DNA from: Planctomycetota bacterium
Lineage (GTDB): Bacteria > Planctomycetota > UBA1135 > UBA2386
Reading direction: 5' to 3'
DNA: 64,000 nucleotides
Assembly (NCBI GenBank): GCA_965223545.1
Contig: OZ245006.1
Location: forward strand, 3,040,001 to 3,104,000
Under the pieces are notes generated by a model that was given only the letters and a program-made list of their open reading frames with translations, searched no databases and had not been told where the DNA came from. A program made the position numbers and the translations under genes. Below are positions 20,508-30,300 of the stretch, piece after piece (positions within the stretch are counted from its first letter, which is position 1; every line of letters starts with the position of its first letter).

Positions 20508-23500
20508 ATGACTCCGATCGACGTTCTGCTCCGCCTGCAACAGCTCGGCGTAAAAGTCTGGCTGGAGGCCGAGCAACTCCGCCTCAGTACGGATCGCTCG
20601 GAGCTTCCCGACGACATCCGCGGCGCCGTCGAGGCGCACGCGCAAGGCATCGCCGACTTTCTCAAGCAGGCGATGACCGACGCCGCGCCGGGGACGGAGC
20701 CCGCCGGCATCGAGCCCGCGTCGCGCGAGACCCCGCTGCCCGTGTCCTTCGTGCAGCAACGGTTTTGGTTCCTCGATCAGCTCGGCGAGGACAATGCCGC
20801 CTACAACCTGCTGTTCCCCCTGCGCCTGCGTGGACCGCTCGACGGGCAACGTCTGCGCGACGCCCTCGATCAGATCGTCGGCCGGCACGAGGTCCTGCGC
20901 ACGGTGTTCGTCGAACACGGTGGCGAGCCGGCGCAGCGCGCCGCGGCACCGTCCGGGCTCGAGCTGCGGGTCATCGATCTGGCAGACGAGCCGGATGCCG
21001 AGGCCGCGGTGCGCGAGCGACTGCGGGAAGAGCTCGGCACCGGCTTCGACCTGCACACGGGCCCCCTGTTTCGCTGCAGTCTGCTCCGCCTTGGGTCGGA
21101 CGACCACGTGCTGCAGATCGCGATGCATCACATCATCGGCGATCGCTGGTCGTACGGCGTGCTGTTCGCCGAGCTGACGCAGCTCTACTCCGGCGGCCCC
21201 GCGCCCGCGCCGCTGTCGATCCAGTACGCGGACTTCGCCGCGTGGCAACGGCGGTGGTACGACGCGGAGGGAGCCGCCCTCGCCGACTGGTGGCGGCAGA
21301 CGCTGGCGGACCTGCCGACGCTGGAGCTGCCGACCGACCGGCCGCGGCCTCCCCTGCAGACGTTTCGCGGCCCGAGTCAAGCCATCGTCTATCCCGGCGA
21401 GGACATCGACCGGCTGTCGGCGCTGGTGCAGGGCGAGGGCGCCACCCTGTTCATGGGACTGCTGGCGGTGTTCGAGATCGTGCTGGCGCGCTATTCCGGC
21501 CAGCGCGACATCGTGCTCGGCACCCCCGTCGGTGGCCGCGACCGGCCCGAGCTCGAGCCGCTCGTCGGGCCGTTCTTGAACACACTCGTGCTGCGCACCG
21601 ACTTGTCGGGGAATCCGTCGTTCCGCGAGGTGTTGCGCCGGGTCCGCCAAACCGCGCTCGACGCCTTCGAGCGCCAGGGCATGCCCTTCGAGCAGCTCGT
21701 CGTCGAGCTCAAGCCAAAGCGCGACCCCAGCCGCAACCCGTTGTTCCAAGTCCTGTTCAGCCTGCTCAACGACGCCCCCCTGCCCCGCCTGGGCGAGCTC
21801 GACGTCGAGCTCGTATTCCCGGAGGCCGGCGCCTCCATGTTCGACCTGTCGCTGCTGGTGCGCCGGGACCCGAACCAGTTGGTGGGCATCCTCGAGTACA
21901 ACGAAGACCTCTTCGACGACGCCACCATCGAGCGCATGGGCCGACACATCCTCGGCACTCTGCACGCAGTCGTCGCCGATCCCGAAGCCAGTGTTTGGCA
22001 GATCCCGCTGCTCGACGCCGCCGAGCGCCGCGAGCTGCTGGAGGACCGCAACGCGACGGCGCGCGACTTCCCGCGGGACAGCACGTTCTCCGCGGAGTTC
22101 GCCGCGACCGCATCGCGCAACCCCGAGTCGGTCGCGGCGCAGTGCGGCGATGCCGTGCTGACCTATGGTGAGCTCGACGAACGCGCCAACCGCATGGCCC
22201 ACGCCCTGCGGAGCCGAGGCGCCGGCCCCGGCAGCCTGGTCGGCGTGTCGCTGCCGCGCTCGCTGGACATGCTGGTCGCGCTGCTGGCGATCCAAAAGAG
22301 CGGCGCCGGCTACGTCCCGCTCGACCCCACCTACCCCGCGGAGCGGCTGCAGTTCATCATCGACGATGCCGAGCTGGCACTGCTGGTGACCCAGGAAGAT
22401 CTGCGCGCGCAGCTGCCCCAGCGCCTGCCTCCCGTGCTGCTGCTCGACGCGGATGCCGCGGAGATCTCGGCGCAACCGAGCACGGCCCTGCCTCCGCCCT
22501 CCGCCGATGATCTCGTCTACGTGATCTTCACGTCCGGATCGACCGGCAAACCGAAGGGCGTGCAGATCGAGCACCGGGCGCTGCTCAACTTCTTGCACGC
22601 GACGGCGCACACCCCCGGCCTGACGGAAACCGATGTCCTGGTCGCGGTGACGACCATTTCGTTCGACATCGCCGGCCTCGAGCTCTACCTGCCGCTCTTG
22701 TGCGGTGGCCGCGTCGTAATCGCCACCGAGGCGGAGGCCAGCGACGGCCGCGATCTCGGCGCCCTGATCGAGCGCGCCGGCGCAACGGTGATGCAAGCGA
22801 CGCCGGCGACATGGCATCTCCTGCTCGAAGCCGGCTGGCACGGAAAGGCGGACCTGCGCGTGCTGTGCGGTGGTGAAGCGCTGCCGCGCGAGCTCGCCGA
22901 ACGGCTGCTCGCGGCGGTGGGCGAGCTGTGGAACATGTACGGGCCGACCGAGACGACGATCTGGTCGTTGGCCAAACGCGTCGAACGAGGCGAGGGCGCG
23001 GTGCCGATCGGCGCGCCGTTGGCCAACACGACGGTGTTCTTGCTCGACGCGCAGGGACAACCGGTGCCGGTCGGCGTGCCCGGCCGGCTGTTCCTGGGCG
23101 GCGACGGCCTGGCCCGCGGCTACTGGCGACGGCCGGAGCTGACCGCCGAGAAGTTCGTCGACAACCCGGTGCACCCCGGCACACGCATCTACGAGACCGG
23201 GGACCTGGCGCGCTACACCAATGCCGGTGAGCTGGAGTTCCTCGGCCGCACCGACCACCAGGTCAAGGTCCGCGGCTATCGGATCGAGCTCGGCGAGATC
23301 GAGCACGTGCTCGGCCGCGATGCCGCCGTCAAGGAGTGCGCGGTGACGACCTTGGACCGCGGCGGCGGCGACGCCCAGCTGGCGGCGTTCGTCGTGCTGC
23401 ACCCCGGCAGCGCGGCCACCGTCAGCGAGCTGCGGCGCGCGGTGCGCGAGGCGCTGCCGCTCTACATGGTCCCGCAGACCTTCACCATGCTGGACGAAAT

Positions 23501-23918
23501 GCCGCTGACGCCCAACGGCAAGATCGACCGCAAGGCGTTGGCGGCGAGCCATTCCGGCGGCGGTGCCGCCGCCGACGACCACGTGCCACCCTCCACACCG
23601 ACCGAGCGCTTCCTCGCCGAGCTATGGCAACGCGTGCTGGGCGTCGAAAAGGCCGGTCTGCTCGACAACTTCTTCGACCTCGGCGGCCATTCGCTGCTGG
23701 CGATGAAAGTGCTGTACGAAGTCGAGCAACAGTTCGGTGAGCGGATGCTGCCGATGGAGCTACTGCTGCAGAACCTGGGCCAGTTCGCCGAAGCCTGCGA
23801 CCAGCGACGCGGCGGAGCAGCGAACACGGAACCGACCGAGCCGCCCGCGACGGGCGAGGACGGCCGGCGCGGTGTCCTCGGCAGGCTGCGCGCCAAGCTC
23901 GGCCGCGGCCGCAGGTAG
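20508..23918 (+). CDS. Stand-alone NRPS: docking-C-A(Gly)-PCP with a basic C-terminal tail
   Basis: N-term VLLRLQQLGVKVWLEAEQLRL. C motif HHIIGDR. Same Gly code DILQLGMIWK. PCP FFDLGGHSL. Ends RRGVLGRLRAKLGRGRR. Confidence 0.95.
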   Translation: MTPIDVLLRLQQLGVKVWLEAEQLRLSTDRSELPDDIRGAVEAHAQGIADFLKQAMTDAAPGTEPAGIEPASRETPLPVSFVQQRFWFLDQLGEDNAAYNLLFPLRLRGPLDGQRLRDALDQIVGRHEVLRTVFVEHGGEPAQRAAAPSGLELRVIDLADEPDAEAAVRERLREELGTGFDLHTGPLFRCSLLRLGSDDHVLQIAMHHIIGDRWSYGVLFAELTQLYSGGPAPAPLSIQYADFAAWQRRWYDAEGAALADWWRQTLADLPTLELPTDRPRPPLQTFRGPSQAIVYPGEDIDRLSALVQGEGATLFMGLLAVFEIVLARYSGQRDIVLGTPVGGRDRPELEPLVGPFLNTLVLRTDLSGNPSFREVLRRVRQTALDAFERQGMPFEQLVVELKPKRDPSRNPLFQVLFSLLNDAPLPRLGELDVELVFPEAGASMFDLSLLVRRDPNQLVGILEYNEDLFDDATIERMGRHILGTLHAVVADPEASVWQIPLLDAAERRELLEDRNATARDFPRDSTFSAEFAATASRNPESVAAQCGDAVLTYGELDERANRMAHALRSRGAGPGSLVGVSLPRSLDMLVALLAIQKSGAGYVPLDPTYPAERLQFIIDDAELALLVTQEDLRAQLPQRLPPVLLLDADAAEISAQPSTALPPPSADDLVYVIFTSGSTGKPKGVQIEHRALLNFLHATAHTPGLTETDVLVAVTTISFDIAGLELYLPLLCGGRVVIATEAEASDGRDLGALIERAGATVMQATPATWHLLLEAGWHGKADLRVLCGGEALPRELAERLLAAVGELWNMYGPTETTIWSLAKRVERGEGAVPIGAPLANTTVFLLDAQGQPVPVGVPGRLFLGGDGLARGYWRRPELTAEKFVDNPVHPGTRIYETGDLARYTNAGELEFLGRTDHQVKVRGYRIELGEIEHVLGRDAAVKECAVTTLDRGGGDAQLAAFVVLHPGSAATVSELRRAVREALPLYMVPQTFTMLDEMPLTPNGKIDRKALAASHSGGGAAADDHVPPSTPTERFLAELWQRVLGVEKAGLLDNFFDLGGHSLLAMKVLYEVEQQFGERMLPMELLLQNLGQFAEACDQRRGGAANTEPTEPPATGEDGRRGVLGRLRAKLGRGRR

Positions 23919-23926
23919 TTCCCCCG

Positions 23927-26077
23927 ATGCGTGTCGCCGTCGCGGTCGCCACTGCCGGTCTCTTGGCCGCCGGTGCCGCAGCCCAACGGGTCGCCTGCCT
24001 GGGCGACTCGATCACCGCCGGTGCCCGGCTCGGCGACCCCGAGCGCCAGGGCTACGCGGCTCGTTTGGCGTGGCATCTCGGCGACGGTGCCCAGGTCGAG
24101 GCCTTCGGCGTCGGCGGCGCCACTTTGCTGCGCGCCACCGACCGCCCCTACAGCCGATCGGCGGAGTTCGCCGCCGCCCTCGATTGGCGACCGGACGTCG
24201 CCGTCGTCTTGCTCGGCACGAACGATACCTGCCTTGACGAGCGGCGCCGGTGCTGGCAACACCAGCGAGACCTCGAACGCGACACAATGGCGATCGTCAG
24301 CGACCTGCTCGAAGGCAACCCGCAAATGCGCGTCCTGCTGTGCAGCCCACCGGCGATGTTCGCCGACGCCAGCGGCCTGCCCGCGGCTCGCGCCGAAGAC
24401 CTGCGGCGGCGAGCCGCGCGCTTGCCCCGCGTGCGCGAGGCCCTGTGGGCCACCGCCCGTTTTTCCGGCTGCGAGTATCACGACCTCACACGCTGCCTCG
24501 AGCCCGGCGATACCAGCGACGGCGTCCACCCGACGCCACTGGGGGCCAATGCCTTGGCTGCCCGCGTCGCCGAGCTGGTGCGCGCCCGCCCCGCCCCGAG
24601 GCTCGCGCTGGACGATCGCATCGCACAGCACGCCGACGCCGTCACACGGAGCGAGTTCCACGACTTCGAGCGCCTCGATTTCACCCTCCGAAACTCCGGG
24701 GCACGCTGCATCCTGGTGCGCCCTCACGTCGCAGAAGAGGGCTACCCGTGGTTGTGGCGGGCCCGCTTCTTCGGCCACCAGCCGGCCCTCGACCTGGAGT
24801 TGCTCGACCGCGGCTTCCATCTCGCCTACTGCGACGTCGCCGGTCTCTACGGCGCGCCGGCCTCCACCGAGCGGTGGCGCGCGTTCCACGCGTTCGCCAC
24901 GCGGCTCGGTCTCAACCGGCGGCCCGTGCTGCTCGGCATGAGCCGCGGCGGGCTGCCGGCGCTCACCTTCGCCGCGGCGGAACCAGACCTCGTCGCCGCG
25001 CTCTATCTCGACAACCCCGTCTGTGATCTGCGCTCCTGGCCCGGCGGGCGCAACGGCAGGCGATCGGCCGCCGACTGGACGGCCAGCCTCCGGGCCTGGG
25101 ATCTGCGCGAAGCGGACGCGTGGCAGCGCGACGCGGTGGCGCTGGAGTCCTTGCCGCAGATCGCCTCCGCGCGGATCCCACTCCATTTGGTGGTCGGTGA
25201 GGCGGACACCGTGGTGCCGCCAGCGGAGAACGGCCATCGATTGGCGGCGCGCTACGCCGAGCTCGGCGGCCCGGTCACGCGCTGGCTGAAGCCCGGCTCT
25301 GGCCACCACCCCCACGGACTCCACCCACCGGCCCCGTTGCGGCGCGCGTTGCTGCGCAGCTGCGGGCTCGGCGACAACCCCGCGGCCCGACCGCTGCCTT
25401 CCGCCGAGTACCGCGGCCGCGCCGCCGGCTGGGGTGACGGCACGTGGTGGCAGCAGCTGGGACGCATGCGCGCCACCGTGCAGCAGGGCGATGGAGTCGA
25501 CATCGCTTTCCTCGGCGACTCGATCACCCAAAGCCTGACCGGTGCTGCCGACCGCTGGGCAAGACCCGACGGCCAGCGCGCGATCGATGCCGCCTTCGGC
25601 GCACGCCGCACGGTCGACCTCGGTCTGTCCGGAGACCGCACCGAGCATCTCTTGTTCCGCATCGAGCACGGTGCCCTGTCGCTCTGCGACCCTCGGGTCA
25701 TCGTGCTGCAGATCGGCGCCAACAACATCAACGCCGCCGGCCACTCCGCCGCCGAGACCGCCGAGGGAATCCTCGCCGTCCTCGACCTCCTGCAGGGGCG
25801 GGAGCCGCAGGCCCGGGTCCTGGTGTGCGGCCCGTTCCCCATCGGCGGCCGGCCGGACGACCCCCGCCGCCGCGCGGTCGATGCGGTGCACTCGGCGCTC
25901 GCGGCGGCGCAGCTCCCCGAGACCGTCCTCTATCTGGATCTGCGCCGGCTGTTCGTCGACGAAGACGGCAGCGCCACCGAGAGTTTGGCATCCGACCACC
26001 TACACATCACGGCCGCCGGGCAGGCCCACTGGATGCACGCGATCTCGGCCACCGTGCACGACTGGCTGCAGGGTTGA
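23927..26077 (+). CDS. Secreted tri-domain hydrolase: SGNH, alpha/beta hydrolase, SGNH
   Basis: First SGNH: CLGDSIT..LGTND..DGVHP. Alpha/beta nucleophile GMSRGG with GHHPHG. Second SGNH: FLGDSIT..IGANN..DHLH. Signal peptide AAA|Q. Confidence 0.88.
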   Translation: MRVAVAVATAGLLAAGAAAQRVACLGDSITAGARLGDPERQGYAARLAWHLGDGAQVEAFGVGGATLLRATDRPYSRSAEFAAALDWRPDVAVVLLGTNDTCLDERRRCWQHQRDLERDTMAIVSDLLEGNPQMRVLLCSPPAMFADASGLPAARAEDLRRRAARLPRVREALWATARFSGCEYHDLTRCLEPGDTSDGVHPTPLGANALAARVAELVRARPAPRLALDDRIAQHADAVTRSEFHDFERLDFTLRNSGARCILVRPHVAEEGYPWLWRARFFGHQPALDLELLDRGFHLAYCDVAGLYGAPASTERWRAFHAFATRLGLNRRPVLLGMSRGGLPALTFAAAEPDLVAALYLDNPVCDLRSWPGGRNGRRSAADWTASLRAWDLREADAWQRDAVALESLPQIASARIPLHLVVGEADTVVPPAENGHRLAARYAELGGPVTRWLKPGSGHHPHGLHPPAPLRRALLRSCGLGDNPAARPLPSAEYRGRAAGWGDGTWWQQLGRMRATVQQGDGVDIAFLGDSITQSLTGAADRWARPDGQRAIDAAFGARRTVDLGLSGDRTEHLLFRIEHGALSLCDPRVIVLQIGANNINAAGHSAAETAEGILAVLDLLQGREPQARVLVCGPFPIGGRPDDPRRRAVDAVHSALAAAQLPETVLYLDLRRLFVDEDGSATESLASDHLHITAAGQAHWMHAISATVHDWLQG

Positions 26078-26138
26078 AGTCCGGGGTCTTGCTCGACCCG
26101 GCCACCGACCGAAGAATCAGGAACGCGCGACCGCAACC

Positions 26139-27320
26139 ATGCCGACCGAGACCGAAATCCGCGAAGCAGCCGCCTTCGGCCTGGACTTGGATTGGGAGCG
26201 CAAGGATCGGGAGGTCGGCGAGATCTCCGAGCGCTACGACGAGGTCCGCGAGCTCGACGACGGTTTCGAGTTTCGCTACCCGGGCGGCGACCAATGGGCC
26301 ACCGACCTGAGCCGGGTGCAGCAGTTTCTGCAGCGCCACTATCCGTACTTCGACATCGAGCTGCGGCGCGGCGCGAACGACGCGCCCCACTGGCTGCGGA
26401 TCACCGGACCGGACGACGCGAAGTCGGTCCTGCAGCAGGGGCTGGATTACGCCGACGGCACAGCCACCCGCGATGGCTCCGAGATCCCGAGCTTGCGCGA
26501 ACGGCTGCTCGGCTTGGGACCGCGCTATCTGAGTGCACCGCTGCGGATGTTGCCCGACTTCCTCGTCATCGGCGCAGCCAAGGCCGGCACGACCTCGCTG
26601 TACTCCTATCTCTCGGGTCATCCGGCGATCGGCGCTGCGTTCCGCAAGGAGCTCTACTTCTTCGACATGAAGTGGTCGCGCGGCATCAACTACTACCGCG
26701 CCCGGTTCCCCACCATCGCCCAGAAACGACGCCACGAACGCCGCCACGGCAGCCCGTTCATCACGGGCGAGGCCACGCCGTGCTACATGTTCCACCCGCA
26801 CGCAGCAAGGCGCGCCCGCGCGACCGTGCCGCATGCCAAGCTGATCGTGTCACTGCGCGATCCCGCCGAGCGGGCGTACTCGCACTACTGCATGAACGCG
26901 CGCCGCGGAGTCGAGACGCTGTCCTTCGAAGAGGCGATCGAGCGGGAGCCCGAGCGCCTGCACGGCGAGCTCGAGCGCATGCGGGAAGACGAGCACTACT
27001 TCAGCCTCAAACGACACTACTGCGCATACCTGGCGCGCGGAGTCTACGCCGATCAACTGCAGTCGTGGCTCGAGCACTTTCCGCGCGACCAGCTCCTGGT
27101 GCTGACCAACAGTCAGCTCAAGCGCGACCGGCAGCGCACGCTGGCGAGGGTGCAGGAGTTTCTCGGACTGCCAATCCGCGAGCTGCCGGACACGGGCAGG
27201 CGCAACTTCATCCCGTACCCCGCGATCGAACCGCACATGGCGCGCCGGTTGCGCGACTACTTCGCGCCGCACGACGAGCGACTGCATGCGTTGCTCGGCG
27301 AACGCCCGGATTGGCTGTGA
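26139..27320 (+). CDS. PAPS-dependent sulfotransferase (heparan-sulfate 3-O-ST-like) with an extra ~110-aa N-terminal domain
   Basis: PDFLVIGAAKAGTTSLY (5'-PSB loop), KELYFFD, GEATPCY, LRDPAERAYSHY (3'-PB), YLARGVY. The ORF-track start at 25542 overlaps the upstream gene, so ATG 26139 is preferred. Confidence 0.9.
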   Translation: MPTETEIREAAAFGLDLDWERKDREVGEISERYDEVRELDDGFEFRYPGGDQWATDLSRVQQFLQRHYPYFDIELRRGANDAPHWLRITGPDDAKSVLQQGLDYADGTATRDGSEIPSLRERLLGLGPRYLSAPLRMLPDFLVIGAAKAGTTSLYSYLSGHPAIGAAFRKELYFFDMKWSRGINYYRARFPTIAQKRRHERRHGSPFITGEATPCYMFHPHAARRARATVPHAKLIVSLRDPAERAYSHYCMNARRGVETLSFEEAIEREPERLHGELERMREDEHYFSLKRHYCAYLARGVYADQLQSWLEHFPRDQLLVLTNSQLKRDRQRTLARVQEFLGLPIRELPDTGRRNFIPYPAIEPHMARRLRDYFAPHDERLHALLGERPDWL

Positions 27321-27330
27321 GCCGAGCCGG

Positions 27331-30300
27331 TCACCCCGAATCGCCGCCGTCCATGGTCGCCGCCCAACGGGCGACTTCGGCGTAGGCCGCCAAGTCGGCA
27401 ACCGTCGGCGACTCGATGATCGTCGCCAGCGGTACCGTCAGCTCCAGCTTGTCTTTCAGGCGACCGATCAGCCGATGGCCGAGCAGTGAGTCGAAGCCGA
27501 GGTCGAAGAAGTTGTCGAGCACCCCGACGCGATCGAGTGCCAGCAGCTCCTGCAAGATCTCGGCGATGTCGCGCTCGAGGTCGTTGCGCGGTGCGGTGTA
27601 TTCCTGCGCCAGCTCCGGCCGGCCGTGGGTCGCCAGTGCCGGCGCGTCACCATCGGTCGGTGGAGCGTTGTCGATGGGTGCGCGCGCGCGCGTCCGGCGC
27701 GTCTGCAAGTCGGTCGTCGAAACGACCACCTGGCGGTACGGCTGCGCCAGAATGCGCACCAACGCCGGCGCTGCCTCGTCGCCTCGGATGGCGTCGCCGA
27801 GCCGGCGCTCGCGCTCTTGGCGCTGCGCTTCGGTTTCGTCCGGTGGCGCCAGCTCGACGGCGAAGCCTACGTCGGCGAACGCATCCCAGTCGACCGCGAC
27901 CCACGGCGCGCCCATCCGGTGAGCCAACGCATCGAGCACGGCATTGGCGCCGGCGTAGTCGGCGAAGCCGACGCCGCCGATCACCGTGCTCAAAGACGAC
28001 ACCAGCACGGCGAAGTCGAGCGGCGCGTCGCCGAGCGCATCGGCCAAGGCGAACGCTCCCGCCACCTTGGCTTCGCCGACATCCGCAGCCTGGGCGGGCG
28101 ACAACGACGGCAAGGGATGGTGTGCGATCGCCCCAGCGGCGTGCACGATCCCGTGCAGCGCGCCGTGCTCCGCGCGGACGCGGGCGAGCAACGCACGGGC
28201 CGCCGCCGGATCGGCAAGGTCGACTTGTTGGGTCCGCACCGTGGCACCGCGATCGCGCAGTGCACGCACCACCGCCACTCGGCGCTGGACCCGCGCGTCG
28301 GCGCCGGCCCACTGTGCCTCTGGCGGCAGCTCGGACCGACCGGCGAGCACGATCGTGACCCCCGGCGCGGCGAGCGCCTGTGCTAGCGATCCGCCGACGC
28401 CGCCGAGACCGCCGGTCACCAAGTAGACGCCGTTGTCGCGGGGACGCCACGCGGTCGACGGCACCTCGTAGGGCGCGTAATCGCGCACCCAGCGCGCACC
28501 ACCCCGCAGCGCGACCGCGTCGGCCGCGCCGCCGGCGCAAGCCTCGCGCAGCACTTCCGCAGCGGCACGATCCGGCTCGGGATCGCGCTCGAGATCGACA
28601 CTCCACGCCCGCGCACCGCCGAGCTCTTGACCGAACACGAGTGCGGCGCCGAACACCGCCGCGCGCTCGGGATCTTCGACTGCGCAGCCGGCAGCCTCGC
28701 GCAGGGCATCGGTCACGACCACGAGATCCGCCTCCGCGTTGGCCGCGTCGACCGCCGCAGCCACGGTGGCGAAGCTGCGCCACCACGCGGCAGCATCGGT
28801 GGGGGCGTCGCCACCGCGCAGGCCACCGAGATGGAGGACGACGATGCGGTCCACACCCCGCTCGCGGAGCTCGGCGAGCGAGGCGTCGGCCGCGGCGCGC
28901 TCGACGTCCAGCGAGTCGCGGCGCAACGGCTCACCGGCCGCGGACAGCTGGCGGTGCACGGCCGCAGCCACCGAACCGCCAGCGTCCAGCAGCCACCACC
29001 CCCGCCGGAGCGAGCGCTCCGCGGGCACGGCGGCGGGCCGCCAGACCGGCACCGAAAACCACTCGGGCAGCGGACGCCGCCCCGCCTGCGCCGGCACCGC
29101 GGCCGGCGCACCGGTGTCGGCGTCGATCCAGTACCGGGTGCGGGCAAAGGGATAGGTCGGCAGGGAGACCCGGCGCACCGGTGCCTCACCGTGCGTTGCG
29201 CGCCAGTCCAGCGCGACGTCCGCGAGCCACAGCCGCGCCGCCGCCGCAAACAACGCCTCGCCGTCCGACACCGTGTCCTGCGGGTGCCGCATCGAGCTCA
29301 CCACCACCCGGCCGGCAACTCCCTGCTGCTTCGACAGCGCGCTCAGCGTCTGCCCCGGGCCGACTTCCAGCAGCACCAGCCCCTCCTCCGCCAACAGCCT
29401 GCCCACGCCATCCGCGAAGCGCACCGCGTGCCGCAGGTTGCGTCCCCAATACTCCGGCGCCTGCCAGTCCTCGGCCGCGATCCAGTCCCCCGTCACCGTC
29501 GACACACACCGCGCACCGGCCGGTTGTCGAGAAACCGCCGCCACCGCCCGCTCGAACTCCGCGACGATCGACTCCATCATCGACGAGTGGAACGCGTGGC
29601 TCGTGTGCAGCGGCCGGCACGGCAGGTCGCGCTCCGACAGCTCCGCCTCCAACGCCGACACGGCGGCGTGCGGGCCCGACACCACGCACGAACGCGGCCC
29701 GTTCACCGCGGCCAGCGACAGCTCACCGCCGGAAGCTCGCTGCCCGAGCAGCGCTCCAACCTCCGCCTCGCCCAGCGGCACGCTCAGCATCGCGCCACCC
29801 GGCAGCGCCTGCATCAACCGGCCCCGCAGCGCGACCAGCGCCAGCGCGTCCGACAGCTCGAACACACCCGCCAACGTCGCCGCCACGAACTCGCCGATGC
29901 TGTGGCCCAAGAACGCCGACGGCACCACGCCGAACGACCGCCACAGCTCCGCCAGCGCGTACTCCACCGCGAAGATCGCCGGCTGCGTCCATCGGGTCTG
30001 CTGCAGCCGCTCGGCGTCTTCCGCCGACGGCGACGCCGGATACAGCAGCGCGCGCAGGTCTCCCTCCAGGTGCGGTTGCAGCAGCTCGGCGCACCGGTCC
30101 AGCGCGGCGCGGAACACCGGGTAGCCGTCGTACAGCGACCGCCCCATGCCGACGTACTGCGCGCCCTGTCCGGGGAACAAGAACGCGACCCGCGCCTCAC
30201 CGTCGCCCCGCGCTCCCGCCAGCACGCGCTTGGCATCCCCGCCGGCCAGCAGCTCGGCCGCGTCGGCGGCATCGCGCACCACCAGCGCGCGCCGGTGCGC

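Noticed and set aside
25542..26138. N-terminal extension of the sulfotransferase in the ORF track, and similar extensions at 33490, 45906, 16482, 49968 and 56283
   Set aside because: They overlap neighbouring real genes and are low-complexity. Downstream starts fit the domain boundaries better.
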